Source: an uncultured Actinomycetota bacterium
Lineage (GTDB): Bacteria > Actinomycetota > Actinomycetes > Propionibacteriales > Nocardioidaceae
Length of the DNA stretch: 64,000 nt
Direction: 5' to 3'
Assembly (NCBI GenBank): GCA_963819295.1
Contig: CAWFVO010000001.1
Coordinates: 29,080-93,079, forward strand
Below, in pieces: positions 10,188 to 21,065 of the stretch. The notes under the pieces are model-generated. The model was not told where the DNA came from and did not search any database. It saw only the letters and a program-made list of their open reading frames with translations. Each line of letters begins with the position of its first letter. The first letter of the stretch is position 1. Position numbers and translations under genes: made by a program.

Positions 10188-10583
10188 TTACCGTCGCCGC
10201 AGGTCGTTCTGACTGGCGAAGATCGCCTCGAGAGCGGTCGGCAGGCCCGATGCTGCCCCCGGCTCGGGCTCTACGGCTTCGACTGCCGGCTTCGGTACAG
10301 GCTGGGGCGTTGCGCCTGTCTCCGGGGGGTGTGCCAGCTCGATCAGCGGCGGAGCCTTGGTCGCCAGCGCCGGATCGGTGGATACCTCGAGAGTCACCCG
10401 CGGCCATCGGCGACCGTGATCGCGACGTGCCAGGACCGTGGCATCGTCGAAGCGCTCCTGGACGTAGCTGAGCGCGGACTCGAACGAGCTCGCCGTCACG
10501 TGCCACGTGTCGTGGTGCAACGAGACCTCTACGCGGTCGTGAAGGTCGGCCACCGTCTCTGCAATGGCCCGCCCGAGTGGCAT
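10188..10583 (-). CDS. Hypothetical protein
   Basis: 131-aa ORF with coding-like codons and a GGCAGGGGG RBS-like stretch before ATG. Confidence 0.6.
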   Translation of the reverse strand: MPLGRAIAETVADLHDRVEVSLHHDTWHVTASSFESALSYVQERFDDATVLARRDHGRRWPRVTLEVSTDPALATKAPPLIELAHPPETGATPQPVPKPAVEAVEPEPGAASGLPTALEAIFASQNDLRRR

Positions 10584-11284
10584 TGGTGGACCCCCTGCCT
10601 TCGTGTCACCTCGAGGCTAACTGGTCACGGCGGGGCGCGCTGGGCGACGACGCAGGCCTGGCCACGTCAGCCCCGGATCAACACAACACTCAAGCGGATC
10701 AGTTCACCGACCAGACGCCGTCGCTGCTGATGACCGTGTGCCGTGAGCGGACCCGCCCCGGAGGGAAGCGGGCTCGCCTCGTGGGTTTGTCGGTCACCGA
10801 CCGGCGAGTGCGTGCACGCGCGCCGGTGCGTTGGCCGGGGTGCCGAGACCTGTGACAGCGTCCCATCCGGTGCCGGCGGTGAAGCCGTCGCTGGTCGGCG
10901 TTCGTTCTCGATCACGTGCAGGCCAATACAGGCGACGTACAGGAGAAGGGTGCCCGCCGGAGACATCGGAGGAGAGCTGGTGCCGGGCGGCGTCCGTCGG
11001 TCAGGCGAATGTCAGAACACGGGCGCCACACTCGACGGCACCGAGGACGGCGGGCGAGCCCAAGATCGTGCGTCGTCCTCGGCCCACGAGTGGACCGCCC
11101 AGCCGGGGGCAGGTCGCGCGAACCTCGGGCTAGTCGTCTGAGGACATCCGCGACGAGTTCCCCAACTCGCGGGACAGGCCACCCCGTCCGGGGTGACAGT
11201 GGGGGCTCCTCGTGTCGCCCCCGAGGGGAGCGACCGGTAGGGCCCGGATCGCGGTGGCCGATCGCGAAGGGCTCAGCCGTCGGC

Positions 11285-11881
11285 TCAGCGAACCTGCACC
11301 AGGCTGACCAGCATGTCCGAGGCGGTCTGCAGGTCTTGCCAGGCGCGATCCGCGCCATGGTCGCTGAGGTAGTGCAGGACCATCCCGATCACGGTGCCGA
11401 CCAGCACCCGGCCGAGCGTGTCGAACGGCACGGCGCAGGTCTCGCCGGCGTTGCCGGCAGCCTCTTGGCACCATTCGGCGACGATCCGGGCATAGCCGTC
11501 GATCTGCCACCGTGCCAGCTGATCGAGACCGGGTGTGCGCAGGGCGTAGACGAACACCTCGTGCCGCATCAGCGCGAGCTCGGGCTGGTTGACGACGAGC
11601 AGTTGCCAGTAGTTCTGCACCCCGTGGCGGATGGCGTGCTCGAGGCCGGCGTCGATCTCCGCCGACCGGAAGACCGCGGACACCTCGTCCCGGATGTCCT
11701 CGACGACCGCGGTGATCAGCTGCTCCTTACTGGGGAAGACGTAGTGCAGGGTCCCCAACGGGACACCGGCCTCGGCAGCCACCGCCCGCAGGGTCGTCCC
11801 AGTGACGCCGTCACGACAGAGGACGGCGCGGGCGGCCTCCACGAGCTGCGCGCGCCGCTCATCGGCCTTCACGTAGGCCAC
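11285..11881 (-). CDS. TetR/AcrR-family transcriptional regulator
   Basis: 'TTLRAVAAEAGVPLGTLHYVFPSKEQL' HTH; GAGGTGAGG RBS. Confidence 0.95.
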   Translation of the reverse strand: MAYVKADERRAQLVEAARAVLCRDGVTGTTLRAVAAEAGVPLGTLHYVFPSKEQLITAVVEDIRDEVSAVFRSAEIDAGLEHAIRHGVQNYWQLLVVNQPELALMRHEVFVYALRTPGLDQLARWQIDGYARIVAEWCQEAAGNAGETCAVPFDTLGRVLVGTVIGMVLHYLSDHGADRAWQDLQTASDMLVSLVQVR

Positions 11882-11976
11882 TGAACCTCACCTCGTTCTC
11901 ACTCGGTGGACCGACTGACCCGCATGCATATCACACCGATTTTGCGGCCAGGCCTGGAGACCCTAACCTTTGTATC

Positions 11977-11998
11977 AAGTCGGACAACCGACTGACTT
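11977..11998. promoter_or_regulatory. Imperfect palindrome between tetR and pilA, putative TetR operator
   Basis: AAGTCGGACAACCGACTGACTT with core AGTCGG-acaa-CCGACT; ACCGACTGAC recurs at 11910-11919. Confidence 0.45.
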
Positions 11999-12025
11999 CA
12001 TCATCCTTCCACAAAGGGAAACTTC

Positions 12026-12386
12026 ATGCTGCAGAACGTGCTCACCAGGGCTCGCAAGAACGAGGGTGGCTTCACCCTGATCGAGCTCCTCATCGTCATC
12101 GTCATCCTCGGCGTCCTCGCCGGGATCGTCGTCTTCTCGGTCGCGGCGATCACCGACCGCGGCGAGGCCTCGGCCTGCAAGACGCGAGGTCGCCACCGTC
12201 GACACCGCGGTCGAGGCCTACTACGCCGAGAACGGGCTAAGTACCCGTCGGCCATCACCGACCTGACGACCGGCACCGGCAAGTTCCTCCACTCCACGCC
12301 GAAGTACGTCGCCTTGGGCACCCGAGCAATGGAACGCTCAGCTCGCCTCCGCGGTGGCGACGCCGACCGGCTGCACCGTCTCCTGA
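12026..12386 (+). CDS. pilA: Type IV major pilin (frameshifted in this sequence)
   Basis: Class III signal 'NEGG|FTLIELLIVIVILGVLAGIVVF'; after an indel near 12185 the frame reads VATVDTAVEAYYA, and ends ...GCTVS-stop at 12386. Confidence 0.88.
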
Positions 12387-12393
12387 TCCGCAT

Positions 12394-12427
12394 AAGGAGG
12401 GCCGCGCCGACGGGCGCGGCCCTCCTT
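12394..12427 (+). terminator. Stem-loop after pilA
   Basis: Perfect 15-bp stem AAGGAGGGCCGCGCC-gacg-GGCGCGGCCCTCCTT. Confidence 0.8.
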
Positions 12428-12472
12428 CCGGTTTCAATTCCACCGACGCCATCGACCCGAGGGGCACGGAGC

Positions 12473-13588
12473 ATGCACACCAACCTGTCCACCGCATCGG
12501 CAGCCGGATCGACGGGCTGCTCGCCCTCCTGTGGGAGGTCGGCGGCACCGACCTGCTGCTCACCGTCGGACTGCCGCCGATGCTCCGGGTCGACGGCACC
12601 CTGAGCCCGGCGCCCGGGAACTTCGCGCTCACCGCGGCGGACACCGACGCTCTCCTCGCCGAGCTGCTCACCCCGGACCAGGCACGGGCCTGGGGCGAGA
12701 GCCACGAGTACGACTTCTCGTTCACCTGGCGCGACGACGCCCGGATCCGCGGCAACGCGTTCACCCAGCGGGGGCTGACGGCCATGGCGCTGCGGATGAT
12801 CCCGCGCGCGATCCCCTCGGCCGAGCCGCTCGGGCTGCCGCCGGTGCTCGCGCGACTTCGCGCCCGGCACCAGGGACTGATCCTGATGACCGGCCCGACC
12901 GGTTCCGGCAAGTCGACGACGCTGGCTCGCGTGATCGACCAGATCAACCAGACGCGCGGCCTGCCACATCATCACCATCGAGGACCCGATCGAGTACGTG
13001 CACGACCACAAGCGTCGCGCTCGTCAACCAGCGCGAGGTCGGCACCGACACCGCCACCTTTCCCGACGCCCTGCGCAGCGTGCTGCGCGAGGACCCCGAC
13101 GTGCTGCTGGTCGGTGAGATGCGCGACCTGGAGTCGATCCGCTTCGCGCTGACCATCGCCGAGACCGGCCACCTGGTCTTCGCGACGCTGCACACCAACG
13201 ACACCGCCCAGACGATCGCCCGCATCATCGACGTCTTCCCGGCCGACCAGCAGGCGCAGATCCGCGTGCAGCTCGCCGCGGCGCTGAGCTGCGTCGTCTA
13301 CCAGCGGCTGATGCCCCGGATCGGCGGCGGCATGATCGCCGCGTACGAGGTGCTCGTCGCCAACGCCGGCGGTGCGCAACCTCATCAAAGAGGGCAAGAC
13401 GCACCAGCTGCGCAACTCCCTGGTGACCGGTCGCGCAGGACGGCATGGTCACGCTCGAGCAGTCGCTCTCGACGCTGATCCAGGCCGGCATCGTCAGCTA
13501 CGAGGACGCCGTCGTCCGCAGCCTGTACCCGAAGGACATCGACGACCTCGCCGGCGGCTCGCGGACGCCGCGCGGGCAGTCGCGATGA
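12473..13588 (+). CDS. pilT: Type IV pilus retraction ATPase (several frameshifts; end approximate)
   Basis: Walker [11 protein letters not shown], 'ITIEDPIE', 'LREDPDVLLVGEMRD', 'AETGHLVFATLHT', AIRNLIRE-like 'VRNLIKEGKTHQL'. Confidence 0.9.
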
Positions 13589-15413
13589 GGATGCGCGCTG
13601 CGCCGACGCGGACGAGGAGCGAGCTCCGCGCGAGTCGAGCGTCCTCGTCCAGTACGCCCACCGACCTGGCGTCAACCGGACGAGCCGCGCTCGGCGAGCT
13701 GCACTCGTCGACGCTGACGCCGCGTCGAGCCCGACCGAGCTCGACGCCGCGCTGCAGACGCGCGGCGCCGACGGCCGGCAAGCTGGCTCGGGCAGCTGAT
13801 CTGGTCGACGCGGCCGTCAGTCGACGAGCGAGCCTGGCCCGCGTCCCTGGCGCAGCACTACGCGTCGACGTGGTCGACTTCCGGGCACACCGACCCCGAG
13901 GCAGACGCGGTCGCACTGCTGCCGAAGGAGCATCGCCACGCCGCTGCGTCGCGGTGCCGCTCGCCTCGGCGGCGACGCAGGTCGTCGTGGCCGTCGTCGA
14001 CCCGACTCGCCGCGAGCACGTCGCAGAGGCTGCGCCGCCGCCATCGGCCGAGCCGATCGATGCCGAAGGTCGCCACGCACCGTGACGATGGTAGCGCGCG
14101 ATCGGCAGCGAGCTACCGGGCGCTACGCGGGACGTCGGCAACCAGATCCAGGCGTTCGAGGCCCGAGACAGTCGCTGCGCCGCGAGGCCGAGCCGGCTCG
14201 AGAGCGTCCAGGTCAACGACGACGCACCGGTCGTCCAGGTCGTTCAGCTGATCATCACCAAGGCCTGCGCGACCGCGCCTCCGACATCCACATCGAGCCG
14301 CGCGAGGACCGGGTCCGGGTGCGCTACCGCATCGACGGCGCGCTGCACGACGTGCTCGACCTGCCGGGGTCGATCGGCCCGGCCGTGGTGAGCCGGGTCA
14401 AGATCCTCGGCGGCATGAACATCGTCGAGCGCCGCCGCCCGCAGGACGGGCAGATCAGCATGGAGGTCGAGGGCCGCGAGGTGGACATCCGCGTCTCCAC
14501 CACCGCCGTCGTCGGCGGCGAGAAGGTGGTGATGCGGCTGCTGGACAAGAGCCGATCGCTGTACGGCCTCGAGCCAGCTCGGCATGCCGGCCGACACGGT
14601 CGCGACCGCTACAGCCGGCTGCATCCAGGCGCCGTACGGCATGGTGATCTGCGCCGGCCCGACCGGCAGCGGCAAGACCACCACGCTGTACGCGTCGCTC
14701 GGCGAGCTGAACAGCCCCGAGCGCAACATGATGACCATCGAGGACCCGGTGGAGTACACGTTCCCGACTCGATCAACCAGATCCAGATCAACGAGCAGGC
14801 CGGCATCACCTTCGCCGGCGGGCTCAAGTCGATCCTGCGCCAGGACCCCGACGTGATCCTGGTCGGCGAGATCCGTGACGTCGAGACCGCGCGGATCGCC
14901 GTGCAGTCCGCGCTGACCGGGCACTTCGTGCTGTCCTCGCTGCACGCCACCGACGCGATCTCGGCCGCTCTGCACCGGCTGCTGGACATGGGCATCGAGG
15001 CCTTCCTGGTCGCGTCCTCGGTGACCGCGCGTGCGTCGCCCAGCGACTGGTCCGCCGCAGTCTGCAACCACTGCCTGCGAGGCCGTACCAGCCGTCGCCC
15101 GAGGAGCTGGCGTTCCTGCACGCGACTTCGGCGGCCGAGGCAGCCCGACCGGCGGCTTCCTGCACGGCGCCGGCTGCAACTTCTGCGCGCAGACCGGCTA
15201 CCTGGAGCGGATCGGCGTCTACGAGCTGATGGCCGTCACCGACGGGATCCGCGAGCTGATCCTCGACCGCGCGCCGCACGACGAGCATGCGCAAGCGTCG
15301 CCCGAGCCGAGGGCATGCGCACCCTGCAGGAAGCAGGCCGTGCGCCTGGTGCGCGACCGGCGTGACCACCCCGGCCGAAGTGATGCGCTCGATCTACGTC
15401 GGCAGGAGTCTGA
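13585..15413 (+). CDS. pilB: Type IV pilus assembly ATPase, PilB/GspE (many frameshifts; start approximate)
   Basis: 'RASDIHIEP', 'ERRRPQDG', [10 protein letters not shown], '[15 protein letters not shown]', '[10 protein letters not shown]', Zn motif CNHC...CNFC. Confidence 0.9.
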
Positions 15414-15415
15414 CG

Positions 15416-16642
15416 ATGCCCAAGTTCGCCTATACCGGCGTCGACCCTGGACGGTCACGCCATCAAGGGGACCCGCAAGGCCGACAGCCGGGACGACGGC
15501 CGAGATCGCGCTCTACGAGCGCGAGCTCCGCGACATCCAGGTGACCGAGAAGAAGAGCTTCCTGCAGCTCGAGATCACCGGCCCGCGCATCAAGCGCGAG
15601 GAGGTCATGCACCTGTCGCGCCAGCTCGCGCGTTCCTCCGGGCCGGCCTGCCGATCATCGACGCGGTGCACAGCCATCGGCGAGCGAGTCGCGAGAACTC
15701 GTCGGTCCGCCGGATGATCACCGAGATCGAGGACGGCCTGCGCGCGGCGAGCGGTTCTCCGACTGCCTGGACGCGGCACCCCAAGGTCTTCCCCGAGTTC
15801 TACCGGGGCATCGTGCGCTCGGCGGAGCTCACCGGCGAGCTCGACACGGTGCTCGACCGGCTCGCCACGCTACCTCGAACGCGACCTGGAGGCGCGCCGA
15901 AAGATCAAGTCGGCGACCGATCTACCCGCTGATCGTCGCGTCATGTCGCTGGTCACCGTCGTCGTGCTCGCCACCTTCGTGCTGCCGCAGGTTCAAGGTC
16001 TTCTTCGACGAGCCTGGACGCCAAGCTGCCGCTGCCGACCCGGATGCTGCTGGCGATCACCGACTTCTTCACCAACTGGTGGTGGGCGCTGCTCGTCGGT
16101 CGTCGTCGTCGCGCTGGCGGTCCTCTACTTGCGCATGCACACCGCACGCGGCGGCCGGTACGCGCGCGACCGGATGCCTGCTCCTGGCGGTGCCGGTGGT
16201 CGGCGACGACGATCCAGTACGCGCTGGTCGAACGCTTCTGCCGGGTGCTCGCCTCGATGGTCGAGCGCCGGCGTGCAAGCTGCCCGAGGCGCTGCGCGGT
16301 GGCCACCGGATTCGCTGCACAACCGGGTCTACATCCGAGCGGCTCGCCGGGGTGAACGAGGCGATGCTGGAGGGCAGGGCATCGCCGGACCGCTCGCCAG
16401 CACCGAGCTGTTCCCGGCCACCGCGGCCCAGATGCTCCGCGTCGGCGAGGAGACCGGAACGCTCGACATCCAACTCGACGGTCACGGCCGCAGTACTACG
16501 AGACCGAACTGGACTACAAGATCAAGAAGCTGACCTCGCTTTCGAGCCGCTCGTCATCATCGTCATGGGCCTGGTCGTCGGCTTCGTCGCCGTCGCCCTG
16601 GTCTCGGCGATGTACGGCATCTTCAACCAGGTCAAGGTCTGA
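15416..16642 (+). CDS. pilC: Type IV pilus platform protein, PilC/GspF (many frameshifts)
   Basis: 'MPKFAYTG', 'HPKVFPEFYRGIVRSAELTGELD', 'QMLRVGEETGTLD', 'FEPLVIIVMGLVVGFVAVALVSAMY'. Confidence 0.88.
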
Positions 16643-16662
16643 GATGCGGCGCCCGCGGACAC

Positions 16663-17121
16663 ATGGGGGAAACGATGCGAGGCGAGACGCTCGTCGAGGT
16701 CCTCGTCGCGGTCGTGATCCTCGGCATCGCCGGGGTCGCGATCATGTCGGGGCTGATGCTGTCGGTCAAGGCCTCCGACATGCATCGCAAGGAGACGACC
16801 GGCGGCGCCTACGTGCGCAGCTACGCCGAGGCGATCCAGCGGTACGTCGCATCGGGTCACTACACCAGCTGCGCGGCCGCCAACGACTACAACGTCGCCG
16901 CGGTCACCAACCAGATCAGCGATCTGCCGAGCAGCTTCACCCCGAACCAGGCGGCGGCGAGGAGCGTTGGACCCAATGGTGTCGCCGCGTCCTTGCCCTG
17001 CTCGTCCGACTCCGGCCTCCAGCAGGTCACGCTGAGCGTGAAGAGCAACGACGGCCGCGCGGACGAGACGTTGACCGTCGTGCTGCGCAAGCCGTGCGCA
17101 CCGAACCAGGCGGCCTGCTGA
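16663..17121 (+). CDS. Minor pilin (PilV/GspI-like)
   Basis: 'RG|ETLVEVLVAVVILGIAGVAI' prepilin motif with Glu5; intact ORF. Confidence 0.88.
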   Translation: MGETMRGETLVEVLVAVVILGIAGVAIMSGLMLSVKASDMHRKETTGGAYVRSYAEAIQRYVASGHYTSCAAANDYNVAAVTNQISDLPSSFTPNQAAARSVGPNGVAASLPCSSDSGLQQVTLSVKSNDGRADETLTVVLRKPCAPNQAAC

Positions 17122-17777
17122 TGAGTGTCGTGCAGCGCATCCGTCATCGACTCACGGCGGAGGACGGGTTCACCCTCATCGAGCTGGTGATCACGGTCGC
17201 GATCGTCGGCATCGTCGTCGTGGCGCTGACCGGCGTGGTGATCAGCTATCTCACGACGACCGTGTCCACCGAGAAGCGACTGACCGAGTCGCACGACGTG
17301 CAGTTCGCGTCGGCGTACTGGCAGCGGGACGTCGCGAGCATCGGGGTCCGCTCCACGACGTACGACTCCAGCGACGCCGTGCACTCGTTCCCGCTCCTGA
17401 AGTCGGTGACCAAGGACGGCAGCCTCGCTTCCTGCGCGCTGCCGTCGGGCACGGCCGTGGTCACCCTGGCCTGGAGCCAGTACGACGTCATCCACCCGGA
17501 CAACCCGACGACCGTCACGGTGTCCTATGTCGCGTCGCCGTCGGGCTCGCGCTACGAGCTGACCCGGCGGCGGTGCACAGGGTCAACGATCGACTCGACG
17601 GTCACGGTCGCCGACAACCTGACCGCGGTCCCGACCGTCTCCTGCGACGTCGCCTGCACGGGCGCCGGCTCTGCCGTGCCGGGCTTCATCACCATGGCGC
17701 TCTCCGTCAACGACCCCGACGGCCACGACGTGACCAGCTACACCACCACCCTGACTGGCGAACGGAGGCAGACATGA
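17121..17777 (+). CDS. Minor pilin (PilW/GspJ-like)
   Basis: 'EDG|FTLIELVITVAIVGIVVVAL'; start overlaps the previous stop (TGATG). Confidence 0.9.
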   Translation: MSVVQRIRHRLTAEDGFTLIELVITVAIVGIVVVALTGVVISYLTTTVSTEKRLTESHDVQFASAYWQRDVASIGVRSTTYDSSDAVHSFPLLKSVTKDGSLASCALPSGTAVVTLAWSQYDVIHPDNPTTVTVSYVASPSGSRYELTRRRCTGSTIDSTVTVADNLTAVPTVSCDVACTGAGSAVPGFITMALSVNDPDGHDVTSYTTTLTGERRQT

Positions 17778-19690
17778 TCCGCCGACTGCGACTGCACGCG
17801 GTTCGCCGCGACGAGGGCGCCATCCTGCTGTTCGCGCTCATCATCATCACGACGATCGCCCTCGTGGTCGGCACGCTGCTGACCCGCGGCGACGGGTCAC
17901 TGCGTGCCACCGTCGCCCTGCGTTCGGTCGCCGGCTCGTCGTATGCCGCCGACGCGGCCGCAAACGTTGCCATCAACAACCTCCGCACGGGCGCCGGCTT
18001 CACCGCGCCTGCCAAGTTCGACAACGCCGATCCCGACTCGGGAGGGAAGGGCTGCTTCGGCAACACCATCACCTCCGGCGACCGGACCGATGAGTTGTCA
18101 CTGGACGCCTTCTATCCTGCGACGGGCGGCGTGGGAAGGTCCTCGGCGTATGTCGAGTGCACGGGCGAGGACGGCACCGGGGCTCAGGGATCACCAGTGG
18201 CAATCACTGACAACAACAAGCCGGGACAGGCGATCCTCACGCTTGGGACCAACTCAACGAAGGGCTTGAGCTTCGGGCAGTCGGCGTCTGAGACGGACCT
18301 CATCCACGGCAAGGTCACGTCCAACTTGGCCCTCAGCTCGAAGGGCACGCTGAACGTGACTGGAAGCGGAGTGACCGTCAATGCGCGCACAGGATGCTCG
18401 GGCACCGTGCAGATCAACGGTTCTGTAGCCACGTGCGGAACCAAGACCATCCCGGATCCCGGCTATGCGCCCCCGAGCACATCACCGGTTCTCGCCCAGG
18501 CTCCGAAGTGCCCGACGTCGAACAACGGGCCGGAGATCTTCTCCCCGGGTCTCTACACGATGACGCCCGACAAGGCAGGGGTGACGCCTGAAACTCAGAA
18601 GATCACTCTCGACAACGGGACCTCGAGCGGAACCTTCACCCCCGCCCTCACTGGCTACGGTGCGGTCGGCCCCCAGCAGTACGACGTGGCGCCGGCAGAT
18701 CTGCAGGTCGCCCTGCGGACGGCATGGGGAATCGACGTCACTGTGAATGGAACTGCGCGCTCCGACTATTCGATCACGTTCCCGACGATCCTCGGGGACG
18801 TCACCCAGATGACTGCGCCTTCCCAGCTCGGACCTGGCAACAACAAGTCGGCCTTGGTGTCCACCACCACGGCCGGCTCGTCCACGTGCTCCAAGACGGT
18901 CGGCTGGATGTACTTCGCACCGAGCTCGGCTTCGAGCACCGGCATCTACTACTTCAACTGGGCAGGGACCTGGTCGCTCTCAGGGACTGCCATCGGCGGC
19001 ACGTTGTCGACGGCAAAGGACGGGACTGTCTCCGCTGGTACGACGATCTCGCCCGGTGGAGGAGCCTCGGCGCCCACGGATCCCGGCGCATGCGTCAACC
19101 CGATTCTGGACCCGGGTGCAGTCGGCATCGAGATGGCGTTCGGAGGAACGAGCCAGGTCGACATGTCGAACACCTCGTTGAAGGAGTTCTGTGCGACCTA
19201 CAGCAAGACTTCGATCCCGACGGTGGTGTACGGACTCAAGACGGCAGTCGGGTCGGTGCCGGCGCAAAGCGGCTGCATCGTTTCGTCGAGTCCCTGCGCG
19301 ATGATCAACGCGTCGAACGGAAAGCAGGCTGTGTTCTACTTCGAGGGATTCGTCTACGCACCGTCGGCATTCATCTCGCTCAACGCCAACAACGTGAGCC
19401 AGCCGTTCTTCAACTTCGGGCTGATCACCGACAGTCTCTTCGTCGGCGCGAATCCCAGCAACAAGTGCGACGGATGCGCCTTCATCAACCTGCCGGACAA
19501 CTCACTTGGCTACGGCATCACCAATACGACAGTGGACGTCAAGGTGCATGTGTGCCTCGACACCCCTACCGTCACGCAAGCCTGCAAGACCAACTCTCCG
19601 TCGCTCACTGCCCGTGTCCAGCTGTGGGATCCCGATGGCGATCCGGCTCGACGGCAGATCACCGTCCTCAGCTGGAGCCATAGCCAGTGA
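17774..19690 (+). CDS. Large PilX/GspK-like minor pilin, probable tip adhesin
   Basis: 'RRDEG|[18 protein letters not shown]' pilin helix lacking Glu5, '[15 protein letters not shown]'; Ser/Thr/Gly/Cys-rich beta body; ATGA coupling. Confidence 0.82.
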   Translation: MIRRLRLHAVRRDEGAILLFALIIITTIALVVGTLLTRGDGSLRATVALRSVAGSSYAADAAANVAINNLRTGAGFTAPAKFDNADPDSGGKGCFGNTITSGDRTDELSLDAFYPATGGVGRSSAYVECTGEDGTGAQGSPVAITDNNKPGQAILTLGTNSTKGLSFGQSASETDLIHGKVTSNLALSSKGTLNVTGSGVTVNARTGCSGTVQINGSVATCGTKTIPDPGYAPPSTSPVLAQAPKCPTSNNGPEIFSPGLYTMTPDKAGVTPETQKITLDNGTSSGTFTPALTGYGAVGPQQYDVAPADLQVALRTAWGIDVTVNGTARSDYSITFPTILGDVTQMTAPSQLGPGNNKSALVSTTTAGSSTCSKTVGWMYFAPSSASSTGIYYFNWAGTWSLSGTAIGGTLSTAKDGTVSAGTTISPGGGASAPTDPGACVNPILDPGAVGIEMAFGGTSQVDMSNTSLKEFCATYSKTSIPTVVYGLKTAVGSVPAQSGCIVSSSPCAMINASNGKQAVFYFEGFVYAPSAFISLNANNVSQPFFNFGLITDSLFVGANPSNKCDGCAFINLPDNSLGYGITNTTVDVKVHVCLDTPTVTQACKTNSPSLTARVQLWDPDGDPARRQITVLSWSHSQ

Positions 19691-20473
19691 ACGAGCTGCT
19701 CACTCCGTACATCGCAGTGTTCGCTGGCGTGTTGGGCCTGCTGATCGGGTCCTTCGTGAACGTCGTTGCCCACCGGGTGCCACGGGGGGAGTCGGTGGTG
19801 AGTCCGCCGTCCGCGTGTCCCGGCTGCCGTACGCCGATCCGCAAGCGACACAACGTCCCGGTGGTGGGCTGGCTCATGCTTCGCGGCCGTTGCTACGACT
19901 GCACGCTTCCGATCAGCCCGCGCTATCCGCTCGTCGAGGCGGGCACGGGCCCTGCTCTTCGCTCTGGTCGGCTGGCGCTTCGCGGGCGAGCCGATGCTGC
20001 TGTCGGCGTACCTGGCGTTCGCGGCGATCGCCGTGGCGCTGGCGCTGATCGACCTGGACGTGCACCGGCTGCCCAACGTGGTGGTGCTGCCGTCGTACCC
20101 GGTGCTCGGCGTGCTCCTCGCGGTCGGCGTGGGTGGGCACGGACTGCTGCGCGCGGCAGCCGGGGCGTTCCTGCTGTTCGGCCTCTTCCTGGTGGTGGCG
20201 GTCGCGGCGCCCGGCGGAATCGGTTTCGGCGACGTGAAGCTCGCCGGAGTGGTCGGCGGGATGACCGCCGCCGTCTCATGGGGTGCGTTCCTCACCAGCG
20301 CCTTCGGCGGCTTCCTTCTCGGGGCGCTGGCCGGGGTGCTGCTGATCCTCGGCCGCCGGGCACACCGCAAGACCGCGGTGCCCTTCGGTCCGTTCATGCT
20401 GCTCGCCGCCTGGGCGTCCATCCTCGGCGCGGGTGGGCTTGGTCAGCTCTACCTCGAGCGAATCGGCGCGTGA
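19687..20473 (+). CDS. pilD: Prepilin peptidase/N-methyltransferase (frameshift near 19960)
   Basis: '[13 protein letters not shown]', CPGC and CYDC, 'ISPRYPLVE', '[10 protein letters not shown]', 'GFGDVKL', 'VPFGPFM'. Confidence 0.92.
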
Positions 20474-20603
20474 ACAGTCGCTGACCCGACCAGCTGAGCG
20501 CTCCCTCGTCGACGGCCCCATCCTTACGGCCGGAGCCAATTTCGTCCTGGGCCGTCTTCCGATCCGGGGCCGGAATCCCTTGTGCCGATCGGGTGATGGA
20601 CCG

Positions 20604-21053
20604 CTACCGGGAGCGGAGGCTCCACGCCAAGGTGGGGATCATCACCGTCGCAGCGACCAGGTGTAGCCCCACGAGCGCGGTGGTGGTGGCGGGGTCTGCT
20701 CCCGAGAGGAGGGGCGGCACCAGCGAGATCGCGGTCAGCGTCACTGCCGTCTGCACGAATCGCTCGGCGGGGCGAGCGCTCCAACGACGGAAGGCGGCGG
20801 CCATGATGACGCCCGCGACCGAGAAGAAGCCGGTCACGACGGCGAACCCCGGCAACGGGATCGTCTCGCCACCTTCGGGAACCTCGAAGTCGGCGCCGAC
20901 GGCCTGGGCGAGCGCAGCGGCGAGGACCGTGGCCACCATCGCTGCGACCGTGGCGACAAGGCCGGTGCCGGCGAGCCCGCGGAGTCGGTGGGTATGTCGG
21001 GTCCGGCCCGGCGCCGGCCCCGCTACGACGCCGGCCTCATCCATGCTGTCCAT
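20604..21053 (-). CDS. Membrane protein, DUF6069-like
   Basis: Four hydrophobic segments; 'RPAERFVQTAVTLTAISLVPP', 'LVGLHLVAATVMIP'. Confidence 0.7.
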   Translation of the reverse strand: MDSMDEAGVVAGPAPGRTRHTHRLRGLAGTGLVATVAAMVATVLAAALAQAVGADFEVPEGGETIPLPGFAVVTGFFSVAGVIMAAAFRRWSARPAERFVQTAVTLTAISLVPPLLSGADPATTTALVGLHLVAATVMIPTLAWSLRSR

Positions 21054-21065
21054 GTCGCTCGGACC

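Noticed and set aside
11940-12025. Sigma28/WhiG-type promoter for pilA
   Set aside because: No correctly spaced TAAA/CTCA...GCCGA pair found.
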